A stretch of 51,572 nucleotides of DNA from Phormidium sp. CCY1219 (GTDB lineage: Bacteria; Cyanobacteriota; Cyanobacteriia; Cyanobacteriales; Laspinemataceae): positions 1 to 51,572 of the forward strand of contig NZ_JAJENT010000802.1 of the NCBI RefSeq assembly GCF_035615515.1, given 5' to 3'. The notes under the pieces are model-generated. The model searched no databases. It worked only from the letters and a program-made list of their open reading frames with translations, and was not told the origin of the DNA. Of this stretch, positions 37,396 to 47,679 are shown piece after piece (the stretch's first letter is position 1; each line of letters opens with the position of its first letter). A program made the position numbers and the translations under genes.

Positions 37396-38526
37396 ATGGC
37401 GATCGATATCTATGTTCCATCGGAGTTCGACAATTTCGAACCCGAAGAGGTTAAACTTTATAATCTCGTCAACGAATATCGTGCTGAAAATGGCTTGCCT
37501 ACCATTCCGGCATCCAAAGCTCTGTCTCTGGTTGCCAATCGGCACGTTCTGGATTTAGCCGAAAATATTGGAGAAGTGACCCACGACTGGAGCGATGTTT
37601 CTTTTTCCAACAATCCAGAGGCGATGTGGAACGCTCCTGAGCGATTTAATACCGGTTATCCCGGTATTGGCTACGAAAACGTTACCGGATTTGAGGGATT
37701 TAATGGACCGACGATAACCGCAGAACAAGCAATCAGTTCTTGGAAAAACAGCAATACAGGTCATCGGGAAACAATCCTGAATCAACTCGGCCCCAATGGC
37801 GACTGGCGAGACAACCAGTGGAATGCTTTGGGCGTTGGAATGCATGAGGGATATGCCGTTTTGTGGTTTGGCGAAGAGGTCGATCCCACGGGAGAACCAA
37901 CACGAGATCCAGTCTCGGAGGAGACGCCTCCACTTCCAGAGCCACCACCGCCGCCAACGCTACCAACACCGCCACCGCCACCGCCACCACCCGCACCAAC
38001 ACCTCCGCCCGATCCTCCAGAGCCGGTACCGCCTCCAGAGCCGGTACCGCCGCCGATTCCAGAGCCACCACCGCAGCAGAAGGCAATTTACCGTTTTTTC
38101 GATACGGTAACGGGAACTCACTTTTACACGGCTTCGGCAGAGGAACGGGATAACGTGAGGAATACGTTGCCGCGATATGATTACGAAGGACCCACTTTTG
38201 CGGCTCCTGCTGTACCCTCGGCTGAAACGGCGTCGATTCACCGCTTGTTCAATACGGAAACGGGAACGCATTTTTTCACGATTTCTCAAGAGGAAGTGAA
38301 CCAAATTCGCGCGAATTTGCCGCAGTATGTTTACGAAGGGATTGCTTACGAGGCGTATCCGGAAGCCGTCGCCGGTACTGCGCCACTGCATCGGTTTTTT
38401 AATACGGAAACCGGGACGCATTTTTTCACGCCATCGGCACAGGAACGGGACGCGGTAATGGCGAATTTACCGATTTACGACTATGAAGGGATTGCCTATT
38501 ATGTCAATGAGATCGGTTTGTTTTAA
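37396..38526 (+). CDS. CAP (SCP/PR-1-like) domain protein with a Pro-rich linker and three C-terminal DUF5648-type repeats
   Basis: CAP motifs HVLDLAEN .. SSWKNSNTGHRETILN .. ALGVGM. PPPPP linker. Three repeats of the type YRFFDTVTGTHFYTASAEERD..YDYEG. Confidence 0.7.
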   Translation: MAIDIYVPSEFDNFEPEEVKLYNLVNEYRAENGLPTIPASKALSLVANRHVLDLAENIGEVTHDWSDVSFSNNPEAMWNAPERFNTGYPGIGYENVTGFEGFNGPTITAEQAISSWKNSNTGHRETILNQLGPNGDWRDNQWNALGVGMHEGYAVLWFGEEVDPTGEPTRDPVSEETPPLPEPPPPPTLPTPPPPPPPPAPTPPPDPPEPVPPPEPVPPPIPEPPPQQKAIYRFFDTVTGTHFYTASAEERDNVRNTLPRYDYEGPTFAAPAVPSAETASIHRLFNTETGTHFFTISQEEVNQIRANLPQYVYEGIAYEAYPEAVAGTAPLHRFFNTETGTHFFTPSAQERDAVMANLPIYDYEGIAYYVNEIGLF

Positions 38527-38818
38527 ATTGTTGGCGATCGCAGTGACACCGTGCGTGCGCCTGTGATGGTTGAATGTTAACGCAGGCTCAAACATAGGGA
38601 ATTTTTTCCCATTCTCAAAATGCTTTGAGTCAGAATGCGATCGGGGTGCGTCTATTTTACCCGATTCCGGTTCAATACCTCATTCCTCTGTTTTGCCCCT
38701 TTCGAGGGTTATATCGCCACTGAAGGTTTGTGCCAATCCGTGGGCACCGAAATCAATATAAAAAACCCAATTTTAAAAGAGTTTTTTGCCAGGTTTTTTG
38801 TAGATAATATAACTCGTG

Positions 38819-38851
38819 AACTCGTTCCCAGGTTGTGCCTGGGAACGAGTT
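38819..38851. repeat. palindromic hairpin element (14-bp stem aactcgttcccagg / cctgggaacgagtt); putative bidirectional terminator between the convergent CAP and NACHT genes
   Basis: Perfect 14-bp stem with a 5-nt loop. The core is shared with 3200-3229. Confidence 0.5.
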
Positions 38852-38983
38852 AAACCCTTCCCCTAGTCCTTGTCATGCGGACTATAGCCCGCTTCGGGCA
38901 TGGCTACGCTAACGCCTGCACAGGCGCGATTTCAATCCCCCGAGTGATGTTTGCACGCGCCGCATGTTTGCACGATCGCGATT

Positions 38984-41900
38984 TCAATCTTCTGCCTCAT
39001 GTTCCACCGCACCCAACGCCTTCAGGGTGGATTTTTGCGCCTCAGTCAGCCCGATCGCGCCAGTGATATTCATTCCGGCATAGGGCTGATTCACGATCGC
39101 CTGTACGCAGTCTCCGGAGGGCACCTCCCACAGTTTCATCCATTCATCTTCACTGCCCGACACCAGGCGATTTCCCTGGGGATGAAATGCCAGGGAGAGC
39201 ACTGCACTGGGATGCGCTTGCCAACTGGCGACAGATTCGCCGCGCTGGATATCCCACAGATATATCCGACCCTCCTCGGTTCCCGAGGCGAGGGTATTGC
39301 CATCCGGGCCGATCGCGATCGCCACCACGGACTCGCAACGCTGTATGGTTTTCACACATTGTCCACTGGCGACCTCCCAGACATTTATCGTGCCATCATC
39401 AGTTCCGGAAACCACCCGTTTGCTATCCCACGCAACGCCTACGGATATCACTTTACTGGTATGTCCGGGGAAATTCGCCACACAGACACCGGTGTCGATG
39501 TTCCACAGTTTCACGGCGCGATCGGCACCGCCAGACGCCAGGGTGTTGCCATCGGGGGCGATCGCCACTGCGCCGACTGCACTGGCATATCCGGATCGGG
39601 TGGCGATACACTGGCCGGTTGTCCGGTGCCAACGTTTTACGGTGCCCTCGGCGCAGAGACTGACCAGGGTTTCTTCCCCGGGGGCGATCGCCACTGCCAT
39701 CACTTTACTGTGGTGTCCGGCGAAGGTTTTGGCGCACTGGCCTGTTCTCACATTCCACAGTTTCACCAAGCGATCGGCACTTCCCGAGGCGAGGTACTCC
39801 CCGTCGGGGGCGATCGCCACGGCTGTCACCGCACTGGCATATCCGTGAATCGTCCGCAGGCACTCGCCGGTGCGAATGTGCCACAGTTTCACGGTTTCAT
39901 CCGCACTAGCGGAGGCCAGGGTTTGCCCGTCGGGGGCGATCGCTACCGACCCCACGCGGTTGCTATGCCCGGTCCAGGTTTGCAAACACTCGCCGGTTTC
40001 GAGGTCCCACAGTTTCACGGCGCGATCGGCACCGCCAGACGCCAGGGTTTTCCCATCCCGGGCCACATCCACGGACCACACGGAGCTACTATGTTCTGCC
40101 AAGGTTTGGCTACAAGTGCCGCTCTGGATATCCCACAGTTTCACGGTTTCATCCGCACTGGCACTCACAACGGTTTTCCCATCTGGGGTGACGCCCACGG
40201 AGAGCACCCAATCAATATGTCCCTGCAAGGTTTTCAAGCAATCTCCGGTGGGGATATCCCACAGTTTCACGGTTTGGTCTCCACTGCCACTCACCAGGGT
40301 CTTGCCATCGGGGCTGATGGCTACGGACCACACCACACTCGCATGTCCGTACAGGGTATGCAGGCATTCCCCAGTCTGCAAATCCCACAGTTTCACCGTG
40401 CGATCGGCGCTACCGGTGGCGAGGGTTTTGCCATCTGGGGAGATGCGGGCGCAGAGGACGCGACTGGTATGCCCTGTCAAGGTTTTGATACAATTCCCGC
40501 TCTGCACTTGCCACAGTTTCACCGTGGTGTCATCGCTGGCGGACACCAGGGTGTTCCCATCCGGGGCAACGGCGAGGGACCACACTGCCCCCGCATGTCC
40601 GCTATAGCGCCAGATGGGCTTGCCATCGGCTACCTGCCACAAGTATATATCTCCCGGCTGGTCTCCTGTAGCACAATATTGACCGTCTGGGGTAAAGGCC
40701 ACGCTCAGTACCATGCCGAACAAGTTGGCGAATATACATTGTGATACCGTGGCCTCGGCAAAATTGGTATTTCGCAAACTGGCATGGCTGAAATCCCCCC
40801 CGACCACCACGGTTTGACGCAAATCGCGATCGTCCAAGGCATTGGGGTTGAGTTGCAACAGCAAGGCGATCGCATTCGCCCCGAGATACCCCACTTCGGT
40901 TTCGGTTTGACCTTTGGTTCCCTCCACGAGCTGCAATAACCGCGCTTCCGTGGCGGATCCGGGGGCGATCGCGGGCAATAATAAATCTAGCACTGCTTTC
41001 GTCAGGGGCGATCGCCCGAAGGTTTCGCGCAAGGGTTGGGAAAATGGATAATTCTGAATATCCCCCAGTTCGGCAAAATCCGGCGCTAATACCCCCAATT
41101 GCGCCGCCAACTTATACGCCACAAAAAACTCCAATAAGGAGCGATGGGCTGGGGCATAATCTCCATCCGCATTGCGAATTAACATGGTTTGCCCCATCAT
41201 ATCATAATGCCAGTGGTCTAAATCTTTTTGCTGCTGCACCACCGGGCCGAATAACTGACGAATGCGATCGGGAAATTCGCGATAGTTCAAACTCATGCGA
41301 TCGCCGGCGAGCATTTCCCACGACAACTCGCACAGGAAAAATAACTTATCCGCCATCGACGTAAACGTGCGCTCGGTTTTGATATCCCGCTCCATCTTTC
41401 GGCGCACTGCATACCAATAGATTCGCGCCAAATCAATCGGCTTGCCCGACTCGATTTCCGGTAAGGCTTCTAAAATTAATTCAATCATCACCGGGCGACG
41501 GGCTAAATCCACCAATTGCGGATGACTCATCACCTTCTCCACAATCTCCGGGCTAGCGCGTTTCCCCAACACTTCCCCCACCCGTTCTGACTGAAATTTT
41601 TCTAATTCCAGCACCTCAAATTGGGGGGTTTCCCCCGTTAAATTCGATGTAGATGCCTTTAACTCGGCATTGAGCAAATCTCGCCCTTCCCGCGCTTCTG
41701 GGAAATGCTCCGTGCGACAGGTTAAAATCACTTTCGAGCCGGGAACCACCACTTTGGCCAATTGCCAAAAATTATTAATCATTTCTTGGCGATCGACTTT
41801 GGCTGCCATTTCGTCGAACCCATCAAAAATTAGCAGCAATTTGCCCATCCGGTTGAGGCGATCGAAGGCAGAATATCCGGGCAAACCGATTTCGTGCTTG

Positions 41901-43231
41901 CGGAAGAAAAACTCGGAAAATAACGATTCTACGCTTACGGCTTTGGCATAGTCGCGTAGGGGAATCACCAAGGGAAGCCGGGGCCGGATGCTTCCTTCTT
42001 CCTTGGCGACGCGATATTTTTGTAAGGTTTGCCAAGCATAATGGAGGGCAAACCAGGTTTTCCCGGTGCCGAATTCGCCTAAAATGGAAATATGTTCTTT
42101 GGCCGGGTCGTCTAACCAGCGATTGATATAGCGATCGATCCACCCGTTGCGACCATCGTAGCGGCTTTTTGCAAGTCGTTTTTTGCTTATCGGATCGAGT
42201 TCTTCTTTGGTGCAGGCGAGGGGGACGTAGAGTTCTTCGATGTGACGTTTTTTCACTTCGGCTTCTAACCACTGGAAGTAACCGCTAAAGTCGGCGGATT
42301 CGTCAATCAGTTCGTCGAGGGTGTAGCAGAAGAGTTGGGGGTCGTTTTCTACGGCATCGACTGCGGCTTGACTGATTCGCCGGGGGGCAACTAACCATCC
42401 TTCATCGACTTTTTGTCGGTCTACTACTTGGCCTAAATCGTAAACGTCGCGGATGGTGACTTCGCCTTCGATACCGCGCACTAAAATGCGATCGAATCCG
42501 CGTCGGGCGCGGATGTTAATTATCCATTCAAAATACTTTTCGGTGATGACTTGGTAGGTCTCAAAGTCGTACAATGATTCGAGCCAGTCTCGCACTTGGT
42601 GGGCAAATGCGGAGGGAAGGCGTTTCTCGGCAGGATCCGGATTGGCTAATAAGGGGTTCGGATCGCTTTGGGTGAGTTTGGCGAGGTCTTGGCGAATGTC
42701 TTCGAGGGCGTTAAGATTGTTGAGTTGGTCTAAAATTTGGGAGGTTCTTTGGTTTAAGTCTTCGATTTTGCGAAATTGCAGGACTTCGGCGGGGGTGCGG
42801 GTGCGGTTGGTAATGTCCATAAAAATGGCGCTAAATTTTGCCAATTCGCGCTGATGTTCGATGCCTTGTTCGCGGATTTTGTCTCCTAAGGCGTAGCTGT
42901 AGATGTAGTCTTCGGCTTCTTGGAGCAAGCGACTGGGGTCGTTGCGATCGAAGGCGTTGCGAAAGGCTTGTTGAATTTCGATTTGGCGAAACAGTTCTAA
43001 AATCAATCGCAGTTTTTCGACGCCTACATGTTCGAGTTTTTCTAGTCCGTATTCCACTAAGGTATAGCGATAAACGCCGGTAAAATCCGCTGGGGGATGA
43101 TCGGGATCGAATTGAAAGCGTTTGAGTAGTTTGATGACTAATTCGTTGCGTTGCGCGGTGTTGATGATGACGGGGGTTGCGGTGCGCGCGATCGCCAATA
43201 TTGCTCGAATGATTTCGTCAGTTCCGACCAT
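38984..43231 (-). CDS. STAND NTPase: unassigned ~360-aa N-terminal domain, NACHT, short pentapeptide-like linker, ~14 WD40 repeats
   Basis: Walker A ILGEFGTGKTWFAL and Walker B LLLIFDGFDEM. The C-terminal half consists of ..GH...V.SV.FSPDG..LASGS.D.T.KLWD.. units. Confidence 0.85.
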   Translation of the reverse strand: MVGTDEIIRAILAIARTATPVIINTAQRNELVIKLLKRFQFDPDHPPADFTGVYRYTLVEYGLEKLEHVGVEKLRLILELFRQIEIQQAFRNAFDRNDPSRLLQEAEDYIYSYALGDKIREQGIEHQRELAKFSAIFMDITNRTRTPAEVLQFRKIEDLNQRTSQILDQLNNLNALEDIRQDLAKLTQSDPNPLLANPDPAEKRLPSAFAHQVRDWLESLYDFETYQVITEKYFEWIINIRARRGFDRILVRGIEGEVTIRDVYDLGQVVDRQKVDEGWLVAPRRISQAAVDAVENDPQLFCYTLDELIDESADFSGYFQWLEAEVKKRHIEELYVPLACTKEELDPISKKRLAKSRYDGRNGWIDRYINRWLDDPAKEHISILGEFGTGKTWFALHYAWQTLQKYRVAKEEGSIRPRLPLVIPLRDYAKAVSVESLFSEFFFRKHEIGLPGYSAFDRLNRMGKLLLIFDGFDEMAAKVDRQEMINNFWQLAKVVVPGSKVILTCRTEHFPEAREGRDLLNAELKASTSNLTGETPQFEVLELEKFQSERVGEVLGKRASPEIVEKVMSHPQLVDLARRPVMIELILEALPEIESGKPIDLARIYWYAVRRKMERDIKTERTFTSMADKLFFLCELSWEMLAGDRMSLNYREFPDRIRQLFGPVVQQQKDLDHWHYDMMGQTMLIRNADGDYAPAHRSLLEFFVAYKLAAQLGVLAPDFAELGDIQNYPFSQPLRETFGRSPLTKAVLDLLLPAIAPGSATEARLLQLVEGTKGQTETEVGYLGANAIALLLQLNPNALDDRDLRQTVVVGGDFSHASLRNTNFAEATVSQCIFANLFGMVLSVAFTPDGQYCATGDQPGDIYLWQVADGKPIWRYSGHAGAVWSLAVAPDGNTLVSASDDTTVKLWQVQSGNCIKTLTGHTSRVLCARISPDGKTLATGSADRTVKLWDLQTGECLHTLYGHASVVWSVAISPDGKTLVSGSGDQTVKLWDIPTGDCLKTLQGHIDWVLSVGVTPDGKTVVSASADETVKLWDIQSGTCSQTLAEHSSSVWSVDVARDGKTLASGGADRAVKLWDLETGECLQTWTGHSNRVGSVAIAPDGQTLASASADETVKLWHIRTGECLRTIHGYASAVTAVAIAPDGEYLASGSADRLVKLWNVRTGQCAKTFAGHHSKVMAVAIAPGEETLVSLCAEGTVKRWHRTTGQCIATRSGYASAVGAVAIAPDGNTLASGGADRAVKLWNIDTGVCVANFPGHTSKVISVGVAWDSKRVVSGTDDGTINVWEVASGQCVKTIQRCESVVAIAIGPDGNTLASGTEEGRIYLWDIQRGESVASWQAHPSAVLSLAFHPQGNRLVSGSEDEWMKLWEVPSGDCVQAIVNQPYAGMNITGAIGLTEAQKSTLKALGAVEHEAED

Positions 43232-43636
43232 AATACCCTTCTTTTTTGTTCGCCAAAGCGATCGCCTCTCTGCGCGCTACAGTGCAGTGGTCTGTTCGGT
43301 TTCTCGGATATCCCGAACCGATTTCGAGGCCGGTGCCCCTGCGCCCCCCCCTTTCTGCCGGAAATTACAGGTTGCCATTTTGGAATATGGAGCAATGGCA
43401 AGCGGATACTTCCGAGTGGGGAATCATCACTTCGGACGTTTGGCGGGGGTCAAACCTCGACGGCAATCTCGAGACTATTTTATTATCCCACAACCGCCAT
43501 GTGCGAGGATGCCCCGGGAAAATGGCGGATCCCCACCGGGATGTGGCGCTAGAATGCGCCATCGGCGAAGGGGGGAATCTCTGCACCGGAGCGATCGCGA
43601 TTTACTATAGAATAAACCACCAGATCGAGAAAGCCG

Positions 43637-45517
43637 ATGAGTTACTGTCTCAATCCCGCTTGTCCGAATCCCCAAAACCCAGACCCCACAACGTTTTGCC
43701 AAAGTTGCGGCACGAAACTCATCTTGGCACAACGATATCGACCCCTAAAACTCATCGGTGCGGGGGGGTTTGGTCGGACGCTGTTGGCTATCGACGAGTT
43801 TAAACCCTCAAAACCGCGCTGCGCCATCAAGCAATTTTACCTGCAATGGCAACAGAATGCGGCGAAAGCATCACAATTATTCCACCAAGAAGCGGTGCGT
43901 TTGGAACAGTTGGGCAAACACCCTCATATTCCCGAACTGTTCGCCCATTTGGAACAAGACGATCGCCAATACATCGTTCAAGAATTTATCGAGGGGCAAA
44001 ATTTAGCGGATGAATTGGCAGAAAATGGTCGCTTCTGTGAGTCCAAAATTATCAGCTTGCTGCAAGATTTATTGCCGGTTTTGCACTTCATTCACCAGGG
44101 ACATGTGATCCATCGCGATATCAAACCAGAAAATATTATCCGGCGTCGCAGTGATGGCAAATTGGTGTTGGTGGATTTTGGGGCGGCAAAATATGCTACG
44201 GGTACGGTTCTGGGCAAAACCGGCACCACGATTGGCACCAAAGGCTATGCCGCACCGGAACAAACTTTTGGTAAGGCGGTATTTTCTAGCGATATTTACA
44301 GTTTGGGGGTGACTTGCATTACCCTGCTGAGCGATCGCGAACCGTTTGAGTTGTATGACGCGATGGAAAGTACCTTCGTTTGGCGGGAATATTTGGGCAC
44401 CAATTCCGTCAGCGATCGCCTCGGGCAAATCCTGGATAAGGCGATCGAAAGTAGCGTCAAGCGCCGCTTTCATTCGGCGCAAGCGGTGATGCAAGCGTTA
44501 AGTTCCCCCGCGCCGGTCAGACAGGGTAGACCCCCGCGACCGGTGGCGCGGGCGCAACCCCCTACCCGCACGCGATCGCAACCGCCAATCCCTACACCGC
44601 GCCCGCGCACTCCCCCGGTGACGATTTCGGAGTTGGGCTGTTTTGGCGGTCATCCCTCGGCGGCGATCGCCCTGGCGATCGGCCCGGACGGACGATTGCT
44701 GGTCACGGCAAGCAAAGGGGGCATCAAATGGTGGCAATTAAAAACCGGCCAAGAATTACCCACTCTTCGCACGGAGTTGTTCTCCCACTCGGCGGGCGTC
44801 CATTCGGTGACGTTTTCCCCCGATGGTCGTCTGCTGGCGGCAGGAGGTGCCAATGGAACCATCTCTGTATGGGAAGTGGCCTTTCGTCGCCAAATTCGCA
44901 CCCTCTCCGGGGGTCGCGGACCGGTCCGCTGTGTGGCGTTTTCTCGGAATGGTCGTCTGTTGGCGGCGGGGTTTGATGAGGGGGCGATCTCTCTGTGGGA
45001 TGTGGCTACATGGCGCGTTCTTCGCACCCTGGAGGGCCATTCGGGGGCGGTGAATTCGGTGGCGTTTTCCCCGGATGGTCTATTGTTGGTTTCTGGAAGT
45101 GCGGATACTTCGATCGCTCTGTGGGATGTTCGCACCGGTGAGGATAAGCAGGTGGGGTGGGGGCGATCGCGAGCAGTGAATTCGGTGGCTATTTCCCCCT
45201 GCGGTCAGTTCCTCGCCTGCGGTTGCGCTAACCGCACGATTCTCCTCTGGGATTTCCGCGCTTGGCAACAACTGATCCCCCTCACGGGCCACTCCGCTTC
45301 GGTGAATTCGGTGGCGTTTTCCCCCGATGGTCTGACCCTCGCCTCCGCTAGCGACGATACCTCGATCGTCCTGTGGGATGTGAAAACTGGTGACGAAAAA
45401 CGCACCTGCTGGGGTCGATCCGGTGCCGCCTATGCCGTGGCATTTACCCCCGATGGCGAAATCTTTGCCGGCGGTTTTGAAGATAAAACGGCGAAAATTT
45501 GGCAAGTTAAGAGGTGA
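43637..45517 (+). CDS. Hanks-type Ser/Thr protein kinase with an N-terminal zinc ribbon and C-terminal WD40 repeats
   Basis: CLNPACPNPQNP..CQSCG. Kinase motifs AIKQF, HRDIKPENII, DFG, GTKGYAAPE. Seven WD40 units. Confidence 0.9.
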   Translation: MSYCLNPACPNPQNPDPTTFCQSCGTKLILAQRYRPLKLIGAGGFGRTLLAIDEFKPSKPRCAIKQFYLQWQQNAAKASQLFHQEAVRLEQLGKHPHIPELFAHLEQDDRQYIVQEFIEGQNLADELAENGRFCESKIISLLQDLLPVLHFIHQGHVIHRDIKPENIIRRRSDGKLVLVDFGAAKYATGTVLGKTGTTIGTKGYAAPEQTFGKAVFSSDIYSLGVTCITLLSDREPFELYDAMESTFVWREYLGTNSVSDRLGQILDKAIESSVKRRFHSAQAVMQALSSPAPVRQGRPPRPVARAQPPTRTRSQPPIPTPRPRTPPVTISELGCFGGHPSAAIALAIGPDGRLLVTASKGGIKWWQLKTGQELPTLRTELFSHSAGVHSVTFSPDGRLLAAGGANGTISVWEVAFRRQIRTLSGGRGPVRCVAFSRNGRLLAAGFDEGAISLWDVATWRVLRTLEGHSGAVNSVAFSPDGLLLVSGSADTSIALWDVRTGEDKQVGWGRSRAVNSVAISPCGQFLACGCANRTILLWDFRAWQQLIPLTGHSASVNSVAFSPDGLTLASASDDTSIVLWDVKTGDEKRTCWGRSGAAYAVAFTPDGEIFAGGFEDKTAKIWQVKR

Positions 45518-45527
45518 ATTGGGTGTT

Positions 45528-45750
45528 GGTCATTGGTCAATTGTCATTGGTCATTGGTCAATTGTCATTGGTCAATTGTCATTGGTTATTGGTACTTCCA
45601 CAAAGGACAAACCACATTGGACAAACCACATTAGTCATTGGTCATTGGTAATTCCACAAAGGACAAATGACTAAGGACAAATGACTAAGGACAAATGACT
45701 AAGAACAAATGACTAAGGACAAATGACTAAGGACAAATGACTAAGGACAT
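45528..45750. repeat. second STRR2-type composite array (forward CATTGGT units, junction GGTACTTCCACAAAGGACAAA, then reverse AAGGACAAATGACT 9-mers), filling the whole convergent intergenic gap
   Basis: Same unit family and same junction motif as 4187-4548. Confidence 0.85.
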
Positions 45751-45753
45751 TTT

Positions 45754-47133
45754 TTATTCTTCATTCTTGGCTACGGGTAACATAATTTCAAATTCCGTTC
45801 CGATACCGACTTGGGAGTTTAAATTAAGTTTGCCTTTGTGCTTGTCTTTGATAATTTCGTTGCTAATGGCCAAACCGAGTCCGGTGCCTTTGCCGACGGG
45901 TTTGGTGGTAAAAAATGTCTCGAAAATCCGCTTTTGAATGTCTTTGGGGATGCCCGGCCCGTTATCGCGAATGCGAATAACGGCCCAATCGGAATTGTCT
46001 GAGATTTGTAACAGTTCGGTGGCGATTTCGATGCGCGGTTTCCAATCGGCATCGGCCTTGGGATTGGCTTTTTCTGCTTCCAAGCGCTCCATCAGGGCAT
46101 CTACGGCGTTGCTTAGCAGATTCATAAAGACTTGGCTGAGTTGTCCGGAATAGCACTCTACGGGAGGCAGTTTGCCATAGTTTTTATTCAGTTCAATATC
46201 GTATTTAATCCGGTTATGGAGAATCAACAGGGTACTATCAATGCATTCATGCAAGTCGGCGGGTTTGCGGGCGGTTTCGTCCATGTGGGAAAAGTTTTGC
46301 ATGCCGCCAACGATTTTGGTTAAGCGGTGGGCACTGACTTCGATCGCTTGGACGATTTTGGGGAAATCTTCGCGCAAAAATTCTAAATCGATGTCGGATT
46401 CGAGTTCCCTGAGTCTGTCGGATTTTTCGGTCATTTCTTCTTCGTAAACCGAGAGCAAATCGAGGACGTCTTGGACGTAGTTGGTTAAAAATCCCATGTT
46501 GCCGCTAATACAGTTGACGGGATTTTTGATTTCGTGGGCGACGCCGGCCACCATGCGCCCCAAACTGGCCATTTTTTCGGTTTGAATCATGTGGGAGCGG
46601 GTTTGCTCCTGTAGCATTTTGGTGGTCAGTTCGTGAATTTTGGACTGGGCGACGAGGAGTTGATGGACGTCGAGGAGGCGGTAAACATCGGGTTCGAGTT
46701 CGACGACGATCGGTTCGTAGAGAAGTTGGGGCGATCGCTGTAGCGATCGGCGGGCGGCGAGGACGATTAAGGTGTTGCTCGGAATAATTAAATGTTGAGT
46801 TTTGGTAAAGTTATGGAGGGTTCTCAGGGGTCGTTTGGAAAATAGTTCTAATCCGTAGGGACGACTCAGATGCTCTAAAAATCGACGTCTGGAAATCATG
46901 CCTACGAATTTCTCGCCTTCGACTAAAATCGCTCCGGGCATTAGCGGATTTTGGGCAAAGGCTCTGGCTAGTGCTTCCCCGGGTTCGGATGCTTCGATCG
47001 CAAAGTCATAGAGTGTCAGTTCTTCCAGTGTAGATTCTAAATTCAGTTCCGGCGTCCATTGCCGTTCTTCTGGTTCTTGCAGGAATAATTCGGGATACTT
47101 GTCTTTTACGGCTAGCATTCTCTGTTCCCTCAC
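45754..47133 (-). CDS. sensor histidine kinase with an N-terminal CBS-pair-like sensor domain
   Basis: H-box VAGVAHEIKNPVN. HATPase N and G boxes (LLSNAVDAL; IRDNGPGIP; GTGLGLAIS). The N-terminal 170 aa are paralogous to the N-terminus of the 47680-48783 gene. Confidence 0.85.
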   Translation of the reverse strand: MREQRMLAVKDKYPELFLQEPEERQWTPELNLESTLEELTLYDFAIEASEPGEALARAFAQNPLMPGAILVEGEKFVGMISRRRFLEHLSRPYGLELFSKRPLRTLHNFTKTQHLIIPSNTLIVLAARRSLQRSPQLLYEPIVVELEPDVYRLLDVHQLLVAQSKIHELTTKMLQEQTRSHMIQTEKMASLGRMVAGVAHEIKNPVNCISGNMGFLTNYVQDVLDLLSVYEEEMTEKSDRLRELESDIDLEFLREDFPKIVQAIEVSAHRLTKIVGGMQNFSHMDETARKPADLHECIDSTLLILHNRIKYDIELNKNYGKLPPVECYSGQLSQVFMNLLSNAVDALMERLEAEKANPKADADWKPRIEIATELLQISDNSDWAVIRIRDNGPGIPKDIQKRIFETFFTTKPVGKGTGLGLAISNEIIKDKHKGKLNLNSQVGIGTEFEIMLPVAKNEE

Positions 47134-47679
47134 TTGCTTTGTGTTTTGCAGGGTGTTAAAACTCTGGTATTCTTTTTACAATTTTATAAAATTTTTGGAG
47201 CTATAGTGTTAACTCTAGTAAATTTTTTAGCAAATTTAACGGGGTCTTAACCTTGAATTAACCTAGAAAAAAAGTGGTGGTGGCTTACAGTTTTTTTTGA
47301 GAAAGAAATAATCGGATTCGGTGGCCGATTTTTCCGCAACTTGGGGAGATAAACGGGAAAATCCGGTGGCGATCGCCGATTGGTTTGCGGAGATTTCCCG
47401 GCTGAATGCCCTTTGGCGGGTGAAAATGGCCAGAATGTTTGGCATTGGATGTTTGTCGGCCATCATCCCCGAGGGGGTATGTTAACTGTACCGCAATCGG
47501 CCAAAAATCGGCAGTATTTTCCCGCCGATCGCCGTTAGTGCAATGAAATGTTACATCAATCGAAGTCATCATTTTGGATTGAGTGAATTTTGATTGCCAA
47601 TCCGGGGCGATCGCCAGGGGACAACCCCCACTGGAGGGTTTGCAATCCGGGCAATGACTGACCACGGATTTGAGAAACC

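Noticed and set aside
37733-38421. His/Arg-rich ORFs (37796..38110, 37863..38153, 37960..38421) overlapping the CAP gene
   Set aside because: They are other frames of the CCN-rich poly-Pro linker DNA.
39187-40607. Three plus-strand ORFs (158-245 aa) across the WD40 region of the NACHT gene
   Set aside because: They are antisense to regular WD40 repeats. Their repetitive Cys/His/Ser-rich translations come from the repeat periodicity and are not genes.
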